DNA of 64,000 nt from Raillietiella orientalis (lineage: Eukaryota). The notes below the pieces were generated by a model. That model made no database searches, was not told the origin of the DNA, and saw nothing but the letters and a program-made list of their open reading frames with translations. Numbering within the stretch: position 1 is the first letter of the stretch; every line of letters begins with the position of its first letter. Location of the stretch: NCBI GenBank assembly GCA_036172245.1, contig JAYWIR010000007.1, forward strand, positions 4,526,001 to 4,590,000, in the 5' to 3' direction. The position numbers and the translations under genes were made by a program. Positions 11,601-24,430 of the stretch are shown here, piece after piece.

Positions 11601-14169
11601 GGGACGACCTACCCGCCCGCAGCAGCGTTCTCGGCGCCAGTGCCCCGTCCGCCGGTCGCAAGAGACGCTGAGCTCCTGCTGCGCCCACTCCCTTCCAGTC
11701 CTAGCCTTCTTCAAGGCAGGGAAATGAATCCCCCGAGGGAGAGGACGGCCGATATCCCCCACGTAAGACGCCTACCTAAGGAAGCATCCTCCCCATTCTC
11801 CCTTGCGCGCTCCGGGCGGCTTCCAACCGTTCGAGCGTGCCCTTGGGTTATCCCGAGATCGCATTTCTGCGCCTCGACTGCGTACGGAGGTCGTAGGCTC
11901 CTTCGTATCTCCCACGATCCCCTTCTCCCTACTCTCCAGATCCTAGGAACCCTCTTTCGTCCGTTCGAACGAGAGGTTGGCAAGAGGGAGGCGGAGCGAA
12001 GCCGGAGACGAGGGCGAGGCGCCCCTGGTGAGGGTGGGGAAGCGGTCTCCGGGTCGGCGGAAATGGAGGCGGCTGCGCGCCCTTTTGGGGACCCACGAGG
12101 CCAAGAGGATGCGCATGGCTCCCGTCCGTCACATCACGGTGTTGGTCATCACGCGAAACATCTTCGAGGCGGCCGGTCTTTGGGGGCGCGGAGTCCCAGA
12201 CGGGACTGCTGCTCGCGCCGTCGACCCCTCGTCTGGTAGGGCGCGCCACCTCCTTCCGAGGCAGCTGCCTCCGGCGCGTGGGAGTGGGGCGGTATGGAAG
12301 CCCCTCTCGCCGTCCCTAATGGGATCATCCGGACAGAAGAGCCTGTCAAGGGTGTGCCGAAGCGTGAAAGCGGATCGAAAGCGGCGCCAAGACGGCAACG
12401 GGAACTGCGCGCTCTTTTCCCGCTGCCTCTCGGGCATGAGGGAGCGGGCGGGTCGAGGCGCGCCTGCCGCCGCCGCACTCTCGTCCCCCCCCCCTCCCCC
12501 GTAAGTGACTCCAGCCGCCAGGAGGCTCTTCTTGCGCGCGCGCGCCTCTCGACGATGGTGACGAAGGTACGCACTACCGAAGACACTTTTCCCCGACCCG
12601 TACGCAGCACCCCCGGAGATGTTGTGCGCGCAGCCTTCTGCTGTGCGCGCGACGTGCGCGTGCGATGCGCCGTTTTCCGTCCGTCGACTTCGCGCCATCC
12701 AGCCGAGGCGCGAAACCCGATCGATATCGCACACGTCACGAGCGCGGCAACAATGCGCGTCGCTGCCGCCGTTCTCCTCCCCCCCCTCCCTTTCGTCTTG
12801 TCCTCCTCCTCCTCCTCCTCCCCGTGCCCTCAAGAAGAGAGTTCTTTGGGGGGCAGCAGTTTGGTGGTGCATCGTAGGTGCGGACGCAGCAACGGGGAAA
12901 AAGGGAGAGGGAGAGAGAACCGGGGCGGTCGAGCTCGGCGCGCAAGAAGGCTGCGCTCTGCCTCTCGCGGCAGCGTGTACGGCGTGCGCGCCCGCGGGGT
13001 TACCGGGGAAACGCGGCGGGCAGGGAGCGCCGAACTGCCACCCTGCTCGATGCGCTTGCACCTGTTGCCTCTCCTTCCTCCCCGTCTCCTGAGGCGAGGG
13101 AGGTGGGGGGGGGGACACAGGGGGCATTGGCGACTCCTCACGAGTGCCAGCGAAGGGGGGACGCGCAGCATTTCACCGTCGGATGGCGGGGTAAGAAGGA
13201 AGCAGGTGGGAGCCGCTTTTCCATTCCCTCTCTCCTTATCGCTCTCGGGCGACTCGTCCCCTCCCTTTTGCCCAGTTTCCGCTGGAGGAGGGGGGGAGGG
13301 AAAGACGGGAAGAACTTCAGGGAGCGCTGCTGTTTCCCGCCTCCGTGGGAAGGGGTGCGCGAGTGGAGCAACCGAGCGGAGGCGGAAGGAAGCCGCTTCC
13401 TCCCCCTTTGCCTCGCTCTCTTCCCGACTTCCTCGCTTCCCGGGGACGGGTAAAGAGAAGGGCGGGGCGGGACGAAGAAGGGACGGCTCCACCCGAAAGC
13501 GCGCGGGTCGACTCGTCCCGACGGGAAGTGACCACCCTCGAGCCCCGGATTCCTCTTTCCATCTGCCTCGCGGCTTCGGTCTTCCCTTCCCCCCCCCCCG
13601 CTTTTCATCCCCGGGACGCAGCGCACCTGCCAGCTGCCTTCCCACCGCCCGCTTGGCCCCGAGAAGCCTCCCTTCCTTCCCCGATGGAAGTGAGCCGCGG
13701 GATCCGTCTCCGCCCGACGAGAAACGTCGCTCACGCCTGCCCTTCGGTTTCATGTAACCTTCCCCGTCCACCGCCCCCTTTGCGATCAGGGAGCGGGCGC
13801 TTCTCCCTTCACCTGGCCTCCGTCCCCGGCAGCGGCGAGGTCTAGGCGTTGACCTTCCAACCGCCACCACGCTGCGGAGGGTGGGATGGTCATCTCCATC
13901 TGGCCCCTCCGGGGACCTCCGCATCGGCTCCGGAGCCCCCTACTCACCCTCTCTCTCCCTCAGCCATTTTATGCTTTTCCCCGAGCGGCGGCAGCGTCGT
14001 CGCTCGGGAGGTTCGCCGAGGCGCGACCGTTGCCGGGCGAAGAAAACCCTCCCGCGGCCCTCGCCCAGCCCTGCCTGGTTTTTCGATGGCTCCGATACGA
14101 AGCGGAGCGGTGCTCCCTCCTATCCGGCGCCCATCTTCCAGAGTCTGCGAGTCGTGTTTCCCGCGTGCG

Positions 14170-14206
14170 TGCTCCCGACGCGCTGCTCCCGACGCGCTGC
14201 TCCCGA
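14170..14206. repeat. 14-bp tandem repeat, ~2.6 copies
   Basis: tgctcccgacgcgc twice plus tgctcccga. Confidence 0.9.
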
Positions 14207-17200
14207 AAGCGCGCGCGCGCTCCACTGGCGCTGAGAAGACGAGGTTCTACCGGAGGAAGCGGACTCGGCTCGTGCAGCACTCCAGGAATTGGCGCCGCTT
14301 CCCTCCCTCCCCGCGAAGCTCACGGGAATTCGGGAGAGCGGAGGAAGAAAGCGACGATGGCGCCAGGAGAAGGTGGGAGGGGGGTGGGGTGGACGGCCGC
14401 CGAAACGCCTCCGGCGGCAGCGCAGTGAGAGAGGAGGAAGGGGTTCCTGGACAGAAGAGCTAAGGATCGCCGACGTCGGGATTCCTCAGAAGGATTCCTC
14501 CGTCCCCGGGAGAACCCCGGAGGTCGTCCGCCTTCTCCGCTGCCGTCTAGCGGGCGCCGGGTGCGCTCGCGAGAGCGCGGGGCGCTGCCGCCCGGCGAGA
14601 CGCGGCAGCCGTGCTGCCCGCCACCTTCCCTGCCTATCCTCGAGGGCTTCTTCGACGTGCGCGATTTCTGCTCACCCCTCTTACTTCGGACGCTCGAGCG
14701 TGATTGCCAAGTTCCCCCCGACTGTCAGCTGGCGTGCGGAAAGGAGGAAGAGGAAGAAAAAAAGGATGTTCGTTTCGCTTGCTTGTCCTTTTTCTTTCTT
14801 TCTTTCCTTTTTGTCTTGGGAAAAAAAGAAAAGCCGCGCGGTCTCTTTCGACACGCGGAGCGTGCGTGCGTGCGCCGCTCACGGTCGGAGCAGTTGCAAG
14901 CACTTCGCTGCTGTTGCTCGCTTTCTGCGAGAAACGGAATGGACCAAGAATGGTTCTTCCTGTTGGCCGCGTCCGCAGCAAACGGAGTCCTGTTGGATGG
15001 CTGTGTGTGTGTGTGTGGGGGGGGGGGGGAAAGGGTCCTCTGAGGGGGTCTCCAGGCACGGCGACTCCGACTTTGCCTCGCGAATATTCCAGGGGGATCG
15101 CAGGCTTGTCAAGGTTTTCAGCCCGTCTGCACATACGGCAGGGGAGGGCAGGGGGACGCAAAGGGAGAAGAATCCTTTGCGTTCCCCTCTATCCTTCATT
15201 GAATGCTGTTCCGCCCTTTCCTCCCTTACCTAAAAGAGCTTCCACTCTTCCTGTTCGCCTTCTCTTCCGCTCTTGCCGATGTCATCATCAAGCAGACGAA
15301 GCGTGCTCAGACACCCTGTGCGACTCCCGTGTACCGGTATTGCACAGCAGCTTCTTTTGTGTTCCGCTGGTGCCTTTCTTTAGAGCAAAAAGATAGTGAG
15401 CAGTGATGTTGGACGACCTTTCCATGCCCCCCGCGGTTTCATGCCGCGGGGGGCCGCCACGAGAGCAGCGACCCGTCCTGCCGGACTCTTCGAGACGCAC
15501 CGAGGTGGCGACCGGTGCCGGTCGCCCGTCGCCCTTCCGAAGAGGTCACCGCTCATGGTCGCCGGGTGTTTTCAGCCTCGGCTCACTCTCCCCCGCGAGC
15601 GCCGCCAGTGCTTCGGGCTCCGGACCCACGGCCGATGGGGAACTCCGGGTAGGAATCCTGTTGACAATGATGACGGGTGCGTGGACTCGCGGAAGGATCG
15701 TTCGCAAAGAGACCGTTCGACGTGATGGGAAAAAGTGCACACGCGCGAGCGACGACGGCTCGGACGGAGGGTCGGTCTGCACCTCGTCCCCCCCCCTTCC
15801 AGCGGCGCTGCCCTCCCACGGAGACGTGGCAGCGTCCGTGGCAACGCGTTTCGACACGGCGCTCCGCTCCGGTCCGCGCGTGCGCATCCTTGGTGACCCA
15901 TCCGAAGAAGGGAAACTCTGACTGTTAGTCGGAGGTCACGGTAAACATCGACTGCATTAGGCGAGGAAAGCGTCGGGAGACCACTCGAGTGCTTTCGCGA
16001 CACGTCCCTTTTTTTTTTCTTTCCCTTTCGCCACCGCGCTCGGAATTCGTCACCTAGCGTACGGGCGCCGCCTGTAGCCAGCGCTCCCTCCGCCATGCCC
16101 CAGTTACGGTCCTGCTCAGCGGCACGTTGCCAGGGGACGTCAGAAGTCGCGAAAAACAGGAATCGGGAAAATCGACCTCAGTTCGACGGCGCCCGCAGAA
16201 TCTCACCTGGGAGAGAAGCTCCGTTCGCTGAGACATGGGAGCGCTCTCCGAACTTTCGACCTGGCCGTCCGTCGGCCCCGGGGAAAAGCGTACGCTTCTC
16301 CTTGGGACTGACTTCGCCCTCCGCCGCCGCTGGCAAAGGCGATGTCAACTCGCGGAGACACGCGCGCGCGCGCGTGCGTGCCGCTCTCCGCCGGCAGCCG
16401 AGAAAGCGCGACGGACCTCACACGATCTCCGCCGACGAGACCAGCGGCTCCGCGCTGACCGGGGGTCCAGCCGGACGGTCTCCTCCTTACGACCGTGTCG
16501 TCTGCTCTCGTGGCTTTCAGTCTCAGGAAAAAGAAAGGAAAGCATCCCTAGGAGGAGGGAACGGATCCCGGAGGACGAGGAACTGGCTACAGAGAGAGAG
16601 CGGACAGACTGGATGGGCTGGTTGCGCGAGCGACGGAGGGAGAGGGTCTCCCCTTGCGCACTCGAAGACGGGATCGAGCGGACCGGGACCGGGAACTTCT
16701 CGAGAGCGAGAGAATCCTCCTGCCGTTTTTTTCCCACAAGGGGGCGGTGGGTCGGAGCGCCGCCTCAGTCCCTCCATCCGAAGAGCAGAATGCTGAAGCT
16801 GCTGAGGGCGAGGGCGTACCAGGGTGGCGAGGAGATGTTGCGGGGACCCGAACGGGAGGCGCGCTGGGGTAGGGCAGGGAAGCGGGAGCCAGCAGACAAG
16901 ACGGCGGCCCTCTCCTCTCGAGGTACCCGGGCGGCGCCACCAACGAGGAGGAAGGAGGGGGCGACCGCTGCACGCAAGAAACGCACGTCGCTGCTGCCGT
17001 CCTGCGGGACGGTACCACCGTCCTCCCCGCGGCACGGGAAAGATCCAGGATGGTTGACCGGCTGCCCACATGACTTCCCCGGCTGGGCATTGCGCATCCG
17101 CTGGGGTGGGAGTGGGCCGAAGTTCCGATGGGAAGATCAGATGTGGTCATCAGCATTTCGGAAGGCCACGACTCTCGGGGGGGCAGGGGGAACGTAGGTC

Positions 17201-17279
17201 CTTCCGACGAAGGGGAATGGCGCAGACGGGATGGTGGGGTGATGCTGGAACGGGAGCTCTAACCGGGGAAGAGGAGTAG

Positions 17280-17750
17280 GGAGCATGGGGTCGTGGTCGG
17301 CGGACGCAACCTCTCGGATGGGTTCCGGCAGCCATTGGGGAGGATCCTCAGTCAGTTGCCCCGGAAGGCGGTCGATCGAGACGCCAGGGACCCTGGCCCG
17401 AGGACGGGGGGAGGCTCCTCCGATCGTCGCCGGAAGGCCCTGCCGGATGGCGTTCCGATCCCTCGCTGGGGATGGTCCCTTGGAGAAGACCAGGAGGCGT
17501 CGACTCAGCCCTCCCTTCTCTCGCCCTGGAGCCGATGGACCCGCCCCTCTGAGGAAGAAGGCGAAAACCGGTGGGGGCGCCCGCGGTCTCTGCCGCCTCC
17601 GATCCCGCTCTCGGGTCTGCAGGGGGGTCTCGGGGAGAGGTCCTCCTGCGAACGCGCCGAGCGACCCCGAGCGCGGACACGCCCCGACGAAGAGCAGCCC
17701 GAGGGGCTGCCCATCTTCAAATTCGCCTCTTCTCTCTGGAGGTTCCGAGC
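17280..17750 (-). mobile_element. Possible degenerate C-terminal half of an APE endonuclease domain
   Basis: Minus strand has LLFVGAC (GGDFN position), SIDR (like SRIDR) and SADHDPM (like SDH) in the expected order. Heavily eroded. Confidence 0.3.
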
Positions 17751-20700
17751 CGGAAGGAGCCCTCGCAACGGGGGTGATTCCCTTCTCCCTCCCCCTCCTC
17801 ACCGGACGGGGCTACTGCGGACGCTGGAAGCTTTCCAAAGGTAGGCGGACAGCGGGAAAGGGGCGAGGCGGGGGGGAGGAGAGTCGGCGAACGCATCCCT
17901 CGCTGTTCGCCAAAATATCAGCTAACCTATTCTCGTTTCGACGAAAAAATAGATGTAGGTGGGGTGTGGGGGTGGGGAGCGTGGAAGGACGGTGGAGTCC
18001 TCCTTCGCTGCCAGTCCGAGCACCTTCGAGAGTGTACCTTTCCCTCAACTTTAGGAAAGTAGGGACTGCTGGAGACCACCGCTCCCTCTAGGAAGACGCC
18101 GTCAAGTGCGCTCGAGACGAACGCACGAGGCAGGCGGACGGACTGACTCTCGTCCGCGAGGGGGAGGGGCCGCAGGCACAGCCGGAGAAGTGGCGGCACG
18201 GAGTCGATCGCGGTCGCGACAATGACGGAGGAGGGGAGGAAGAAGGGGGGGGGGTCGCTGTTGCGAGCCTCCATTTCCCTCCGTTGCCGAGGCGACCCGC
18301 ACGGCGTGCTTGGCGGGCGGGTGAGAGCTGCGCGCTGGAGGAAGCGAAGTGCGCCGAGCGCACCTTCCCTGCCCCCCCCCCCCTTCTCTCCCGTCGCCGC
18401 GCGAGCGAGGAGGAGACGCGGACCCATCCGATCCCGATCTTCCTTTCCGGGAATCTCCCCTTTCGGGACGTCGTCCTCTCTCTCTCGAAGTGCGCCGCTC
18501 CCACCGCACGCGCGCGCCTACGAGGCTGCGCGGAGGTCGCCGACGTGGCGCCGGGCCCAACCGCGGCAGGAGATGGGCGAGGGCGCGCGCAGTGAGGAAA
18601 GGCGAGAAGAGGCGGCTGCTGGGGAACGGGGTGGGGAGTTCGTGCGCGCGAGGAGACGGAAGGGGGAGGGGGACTGCCTTCCCCGCTTGGCGCGCGTTCG
18701 CTTTGAAAGGGTTGGGCGAGGGACGGCCCTTCCCTCGCGCCGCGTCTCCGGGCGCTGCGGCTCCTTCCTTCCTTCCTCCCGGTAGATTGGAGCGGCCGCG
18801 AGCAGCGGAAGTGCGAGGAGGATCTCCCCGCCAAGGATGCTGCGGAGCGGCCGCGGGGGTCGCCTCACCGTGATCTCCCGGGTTCTCCGACTCTCGGGGA
18901 TCACGCGCGTACGTGCGGAACGTCGGCTTTCCTGCTCGCGGGCGCGCGTCGCCAATCCGGAAGCGAGTGGCAGCGGACGCGCGAGCCGAGACGCCTGGGC
19001 AGGTGGCGGAGGAAGGAAGGGGGGGGGGGGGATGGTGCTCCCCGCGACCTCCTCGTTCCGCCGAGAGGGTGACGAGTGGGCGGACGCCCTCGTACGTTCA
19101 CGCGGCAGGCGCAACTCTCCCCGGGAGCGGCGGCGTTTCTCCCTGACGGGCGCGCTCCAAAAAAAGCGACGGCGCCCGCGATGTTTTGGGCGCCCTTGCG
19201 GCCGTGCTATTCTCGCACCTCCCGTTGCCCCCCGAACGGGGTGGGCGTCGCGGGTGGGGAGGAGGGGCAGCAGCGGCAGCAGAGCGTGCGCGCGGAACCG
19301 GGTATTTTCGTTTCCGGGGAGACGGCGCCGGAGCGCGGGGGTTTCTCGCGGGGCGGGGGAGGGTGACGTCCGAGGGCTTCCGCGCGGAGGGAGGAATCCG
19401 CCACGTCTCTTCTAGTCCACCCCTCCCTCTCCCCCCCCCCCCCCCCCGCGGCGCAACGGCGGCGGCAGCCACTTCGGGAGAGACACGCCATCCGCAGTTC
19501 GGAACTTTCCGGCGGGTCTTCCTTTCGGCGCCGGGCAGCGCTCCAGCCCCCACGCGACAGCCCTCTTCCTCCCCCCTGCCTACCTCCTTATTGTTCTAGG
19601 GAATGCGGGACCGGTCGCGAAGACTGTCTCAGTAGGTTGCCGCGCCCGTTCGATGCACTCGGCGGCGGAGATTCGGGTGGGAAGGGAAGGCGCGCCGCCC
19701 TCGAATTTTCAGGGACTCCTTTTTTTCATTTTTCCCCTTCGAATTGAGCCGGCGTCTTGGGGACCTACCCCCCTCCCCCTTCCTAACCGACGAGGGCGAG
19801 GGTAGGCAGGGGGCGACCCGCCTTCCTCTTCGCAATGGGTTTCACAACGACTTGCGCCACCTCGGGGGGCTCTGCGAACGAGTCGTCGTTCGTCGCTTCT
19901 CCTGCAAGCAGCGGCCTTCCGGTCGCGTTGTCCTGGCAACCCACTCAAGAGGCGCCCTTCAGTTGAAGCCCTTGCGGGGCGGGAAGAGAAACTCCCTCCT
20001 CCTCGTCCTCCTCCGTGCACTCCAGAAACTTCTGCGAGAACCGGCCGGCCCTCGCCCGCGCCTTCCGTGCCTCTCCACGCACAAAAACCTCCCCCCTCTC
20101 CCTGCGCCGTCGTCGTGCCGATGGTCGACACCGCTGCACCTTCTTCGCCAGGGATTGCGCTCCCCTCCTTCCTTTCCCTTCCGGACTTCCTCCGCGTCTG
20201 TTTCCAGCCGGCGGCTGATCTGACTCGCGAGTGCAGCGCTGAAGTCGTTCCTGCGGCCATCGGGGGCGCGAGGAGGAGGAAGAGGGGGGAGAGCACGTGA
20301 TTCGCACCTGCGTCCACTTTGAGTGGCGGCCCTCCCGGAGAAGCGGAAAAAGATGAAAGCGAAAGGTGCCGTCCCGAAGTCTCTGCAGCCGTCCGAGACC
20401 CCCACTGCGCGGCTCCAGGTCGACACACGCAAGCGGGATGCAACCCCTATCCCCCCTCCCCTCCCCTGCCCTTTTCCCCCCCAACGGTGAGCACTGAGAA
20501 AATTCGGAGCGAAGCGGCCCGCGCAGCTTCTTCGACCAGCGCGCCGGAGCTTCGAAGGTGCGGCAACCCTCCTCCTCCCTCACTCCCTTCCTCCCCTCGG
20601 AATCTGCTGGCCCTGCGCACTCCTGTTCGCGCACGTCCTGCACCCATTCGCACTTCTTCCCGTCCTCGCCCACGCGCAACTCGGAAAGCACGGGTGGAAA

Positions 20701-20869
20701 AAAAGGGCAAGAAAAGAGCCGCACGTCTTGCGGCGGACTTAGCGCGTGCGGCGTGCCGAGCGGAGTCGCGGGCTCGAATCCCTCCCGGGGAAGGGTCGGT
20801 TCCGAAGAATATGCGTGGATGCGTCGTGGATCTCGAGTCCCCGGCGCAGGGTGATGCCGGCTGGCTCAT

Positions 20870-21550
20870 TGGGGTGCGGCGACACCGGCGTAAGCCGGAA
20901 ACCCCCGGACGCCCCCGTCGTCGAATGGCCTCCGGGAATAATAAAAGTTAACCCTCCGAGGGGTCATTCCAAGAATCAAGAAGCCTTCCCTCCAGTTGCG
21001 GAAATGGAACTGACCCCCTCCCCCATCCCTCGGGGGGTGGACTCTCCACCGCGTTCCATGGACCTGGTTGATGCCCCCTCGGGGGGTCGCCTCTCCAGAG
21101 TACGAGAAGCGCGCTGTTCCTTTCGGGGAGCGGCTCTCCAGAACGACTTGTAGACGTTCCTTCGGGGTTCTCTTCAGAGGGATACCAACAAGGAGCGGCG
21201 GCGCCTTCCTTCCTCCCGGCAGCTCGGAACGGGCGCGAGCAGGAAGGGACCTCGCCCTCCGGGGAGTCCCTCCGGCGAGAACAAGGAAGAGGAGGCTCCC
21301 TTCGGGGTTCCCTCCCAAGCGGGTGAGGGAGGAATGGACATCTTCCTCTGCAGCCTTCTTGGATTCGTAGGGAGTGCCCTTCCTCTCCCCGAGGTACCCC
21401 CTATAACCTGAAGGGTTATAGGGGGTACCTCAGAACTCACCCTCAGGTAAGGTGGGCAGCGTCGAAGAGCTCCGTGACCCCCTTCCCCCTAAGAGGGCGG
21501 GCGGTTCTTCAGAGCTCAGCGGACCAAGGATGGAAAAAAAGATGGAAAGT
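20870..21550 (+). repeat. Dispersed repeat family 1, copy A
   Basis: Shares blocks such as gagaacaaggaagaggaggctcccttcggg, ttcttggattcgtaggg, caccctcagg and ctcagcggaccaa with copies B-D. Confidence 0.75.
21391..21431. repeat. Perfect 18-bp inverted repeat with a 5-nt loop
   Basis: gaggtaccccctataacc-tgaag-ggttatagggggtacctc. Confidence 0.95.
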
Positions 21551-21559
21551 AAAAATACG

Positions 21560-22850
21560 CAGGCGGACCCCCACGATGCGCGTGAGGGTCGCGTCTCGAC
21601 ACTTTGTCTGCCCTCCCTCTCCGGGAATGGCCACCCTGGCGAAGGAGAACAGCTGGATGGTGTGTAGCCCCGCCAACTCTAGCACATAGCTGAGAGAAAT
21701 AGTTGGCACGTGGTCGAAGTTGAACCACCACCAAGAGAAACATGGAACTGCCTGCGATTCAGCAACCTCGCCCGCTGCTCGTTGCGGAATGTCCTGGAGT
21801 GTCCCACTAGGGGTACGCGGGCAGAGATGACCCCCCTCTCTGCGGCGATGCCTTTCCTGAAGAGGGCTCTTGGCAGCAGCCAGACGCAGGGGTGACACGT
21901 CTCCTGCTAGATCGGAGGCAGACAGAAGTTGTTAAGCGGATGGACCGTGGGACAGCTTGCCTCTTTTCCACATCTTTTTCATCAATATCATTAATTCTTT
22001 TCCTCATTCTGCTGACACCACGACCCCGAGCGTCCTTCCGCGAGCATTGCAGCGCTGGGACGAGCTGCCCGGCATCCAGGCCGATGTCTTGGAGTGGCCC
22101 CCCGTTTTGAAGGACACAAATATCCTCCCCCTGAAGTAGCAGGAGATGGCGCTTCTGCTGTTGCACTGGGGTCTCCCCTGCAACGCGCGCCGCCACTTCT
22201 GGAAGCTGGGGAGAGTAGATCGAAACTGTGCCAGGTGAAGGGAACAGGAATCCCTCCCGCACCTGCTAGTCGACTGCAGTGCCCTCTGGCCCCTGTGGGA
22301 ACGTTTCGAGACGACCCTCCGGATCCCGGTTGGCAGTCCTCTCAGGGGCGCTTTACGGCTCTTCTGCGTGCGGGGCGCCTTGCATCCAGACGCAGCCCTG
22401 GCAGCACTCTGCTTCCTCCAGGGGACTGTAGTGGCCTGGAGCGCAGCCAGCAGAGGAAGCAACGAAAGGGATGCCACCGAACTCGCAGTTTGCTTCCTGA
22501 GGGTTGCGACCAGATGGCCCCACCTGGGAAGCATGCAAGTGGCCCTCGACGGCGTCCGGCAAAGGATAGACACTGCCTCCAGCGGGACGTGATTCCTTAC
22601 CCTCCCTCCAAAGCGGTGGTTTTTCATTTCCTTTTTCATTTTCTTTTCTCCTCCTCCCCCTCCGCTGCCGAGGTGAGTGCCGTCGGTCTGCGTACCGACC
22701 ACCCGGCAGGTCCCACCACGTTGTGTTGGCCGTAGTGGGGCCATGTATCACGAATGTAGAGAGTTTATTAACAAACTCCCCGGCGCGACCGGCTGGCAGC
22801 CCTCTGCCGCGTGCACTGGGAAGCTCTGGAAGTGGGGGACCGGCCCACGT
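21560..22850 (+). mobile_element. Decayed 3' part of a non-LTR retrotransposon ORF2 (Tx1/L1-like, zf-RVT CCHC region), copy 1
   Basis: Reads ...LPLK*QEMALLLLHWGLPCNARRHFWKLGRVDRNCAR*REQESLPHLLVDCSALWPLWERF... with nonsense codons at 22137 and 22236. It is collinear at protein and DNA level with the copy at 35.5-36.8 kb, including the T-rich tail after the stop at 22592. Confidence 0.75.
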
Positions 22851-24169
22851 TTCCCTCCGGAGCGAGGATCCCGCCACGCGTCTGCGAAGCGTCTTTCGGG
22901 AAAGGAGGAAAGAAAGGAACGAGCCCTTTGCTGCGGCCGCAGCGCGGAGGAAGGGGTCGGGAGGGAACAGCTGCCTCCGCGGCCTGGTCCCACTCCCTAC
23001 GGCATTCCAGAATCAGGCCACTCCGTTCGGAAATCGCACCTCGGGAGGAAGGGCACACCTGCTGCTGCTGCGTATGCGTGCGTAGCGGAGCACGCAACTT
23101 GCGGCGAATAGTTCGCATCTCCGTGCGGTCCTGTGGAAAGCGCGTTCCCTAAAGATGCCCACACTTTGGGGTGTATCCCATCCGAGCATGCAGCCCGGGG
23201 AGGGGGGGAAAAGAAAAAACTTTGGAATTTCCTTGATTTCAAGCGCAGCGAATTTTCAAAGGCTGAAAGTATTCCCTCGAGGAATGCCGTGCTCGCGTGG
23301 ACGGATCCCAGCATTCCTCGTTCCAATCTACTTACCTTCCCCTTCCTACTCCTCGTTTCCATAGAGCTTCGAGGAGGAGGTTAGATGGGGGAGGGGGGGA
23401 GAGGAGGAGAACAGACACGCACGCAGCCCGAGCCGCTGTGTTTTTCGCTCACGACACGGCTTTCCTCTTCGCGAGGAGCGAGATGGGAATACGCAAAGCG
23501 CATGGCGCATTCGCTTTCATCCCGTGAAGATGTCTTCGTTCCAATTCCGAAAGAGAAGCTACAAAAAACTCTTTTTTCTCTCCGACCCCCCCCCCCCCCC
23601 TTTCTTTTTTTTTTTTTTTTTTTTTTTTGCGTGCGTGCGTGCGTGCGTGCGTGTGTGCAGCTTCCCACGTATATCCGGGGAGAGAAGGCACACGTTTCTC
23701 ACCTCCGGGCGAGGCTCGCACCGAAGTCAAATGGACCACGCAAAGTCGATCACGACGGGCCGACGCCCGGCGACGACGACATCTTGCAATTAAAAGCTCC
23801 ATGCCCGCGCCTCCCCCGCGCGGCCACGATCCGCTTTCCAAGAAGATGGACGAATCGGCGCCTTATCGCGATGAATTAACTACTCGTTTCCTGAGGAATT
23901 CCAGGAAACGGACCTCATAAAAAAAGAGAGAAAAGAAGAAGAAGAAGGAAAAAAAAACATCCCCAGTGGCGATAGTGGCAAACGGGCAAGAGAAAGAAAA
24001 TGTGCACGTAACAACATTCCAGCTGAAAATCCTCCGCAAAGTCGTAATCGTAAATTCGGTTCGCCTTCGTTCGACTTCCGATTGCCGATCCTTTTGGAAG
24101 TTTTTTTTTTTTTCCTTTTTTATTTATCGTTGCTGGGTTACGGAGTTTGCGAGTCGGCCATGCTGGGAA

Positions 24170-24430
24170 AGCTCGGTTTTCCGAACGGCTTGCAATCTTC
24201 TCGGTCGCGTGTCATCCGCGCTGGACGGGTGGCAAGATCGGCTCTTCTGGAGCCTCGGAAAGTGTGTTTTCCAGATCGACCTCTGCTGCCATCAGTGTTT
24301 GTGTTTCGTTTGCTTCGCCTTGCGTGCTCAAGAAGCCGAAGGATGCTCAGCTGCCTCGAGGCTGGATGGAACGCACCTCGGTTTCCATCGCCACCGAGTA
24401 CGAGCCGTGCTCGCCGTTCGAGCTCTTGCC
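24170..24430 (-). repeat. Dispersed degenerate repeat family 2 (related to 39540-39680, and more weakly ~31020-31450 and ~200-400)
   Basis: Reverse complement aaaacacactttccgaggctccagaagagccgatcttgccac...ccgagaagattgcaagccg aligns with aaaaccttccgggtccccaagaagagctgaagctcgctgccac...ccgagaaaacagatgccagcaagccg at 39.55-39.66 kb. Confidence 0.5.

Noticed and set aside
10845..13924. Overlapping 464-, 487-, 332- and 364-aa ORFs
   Set aside because: Stop-codon scarcity in GC-rich DNA; low-complexity translations with no recognisable motifs or splice pattern.
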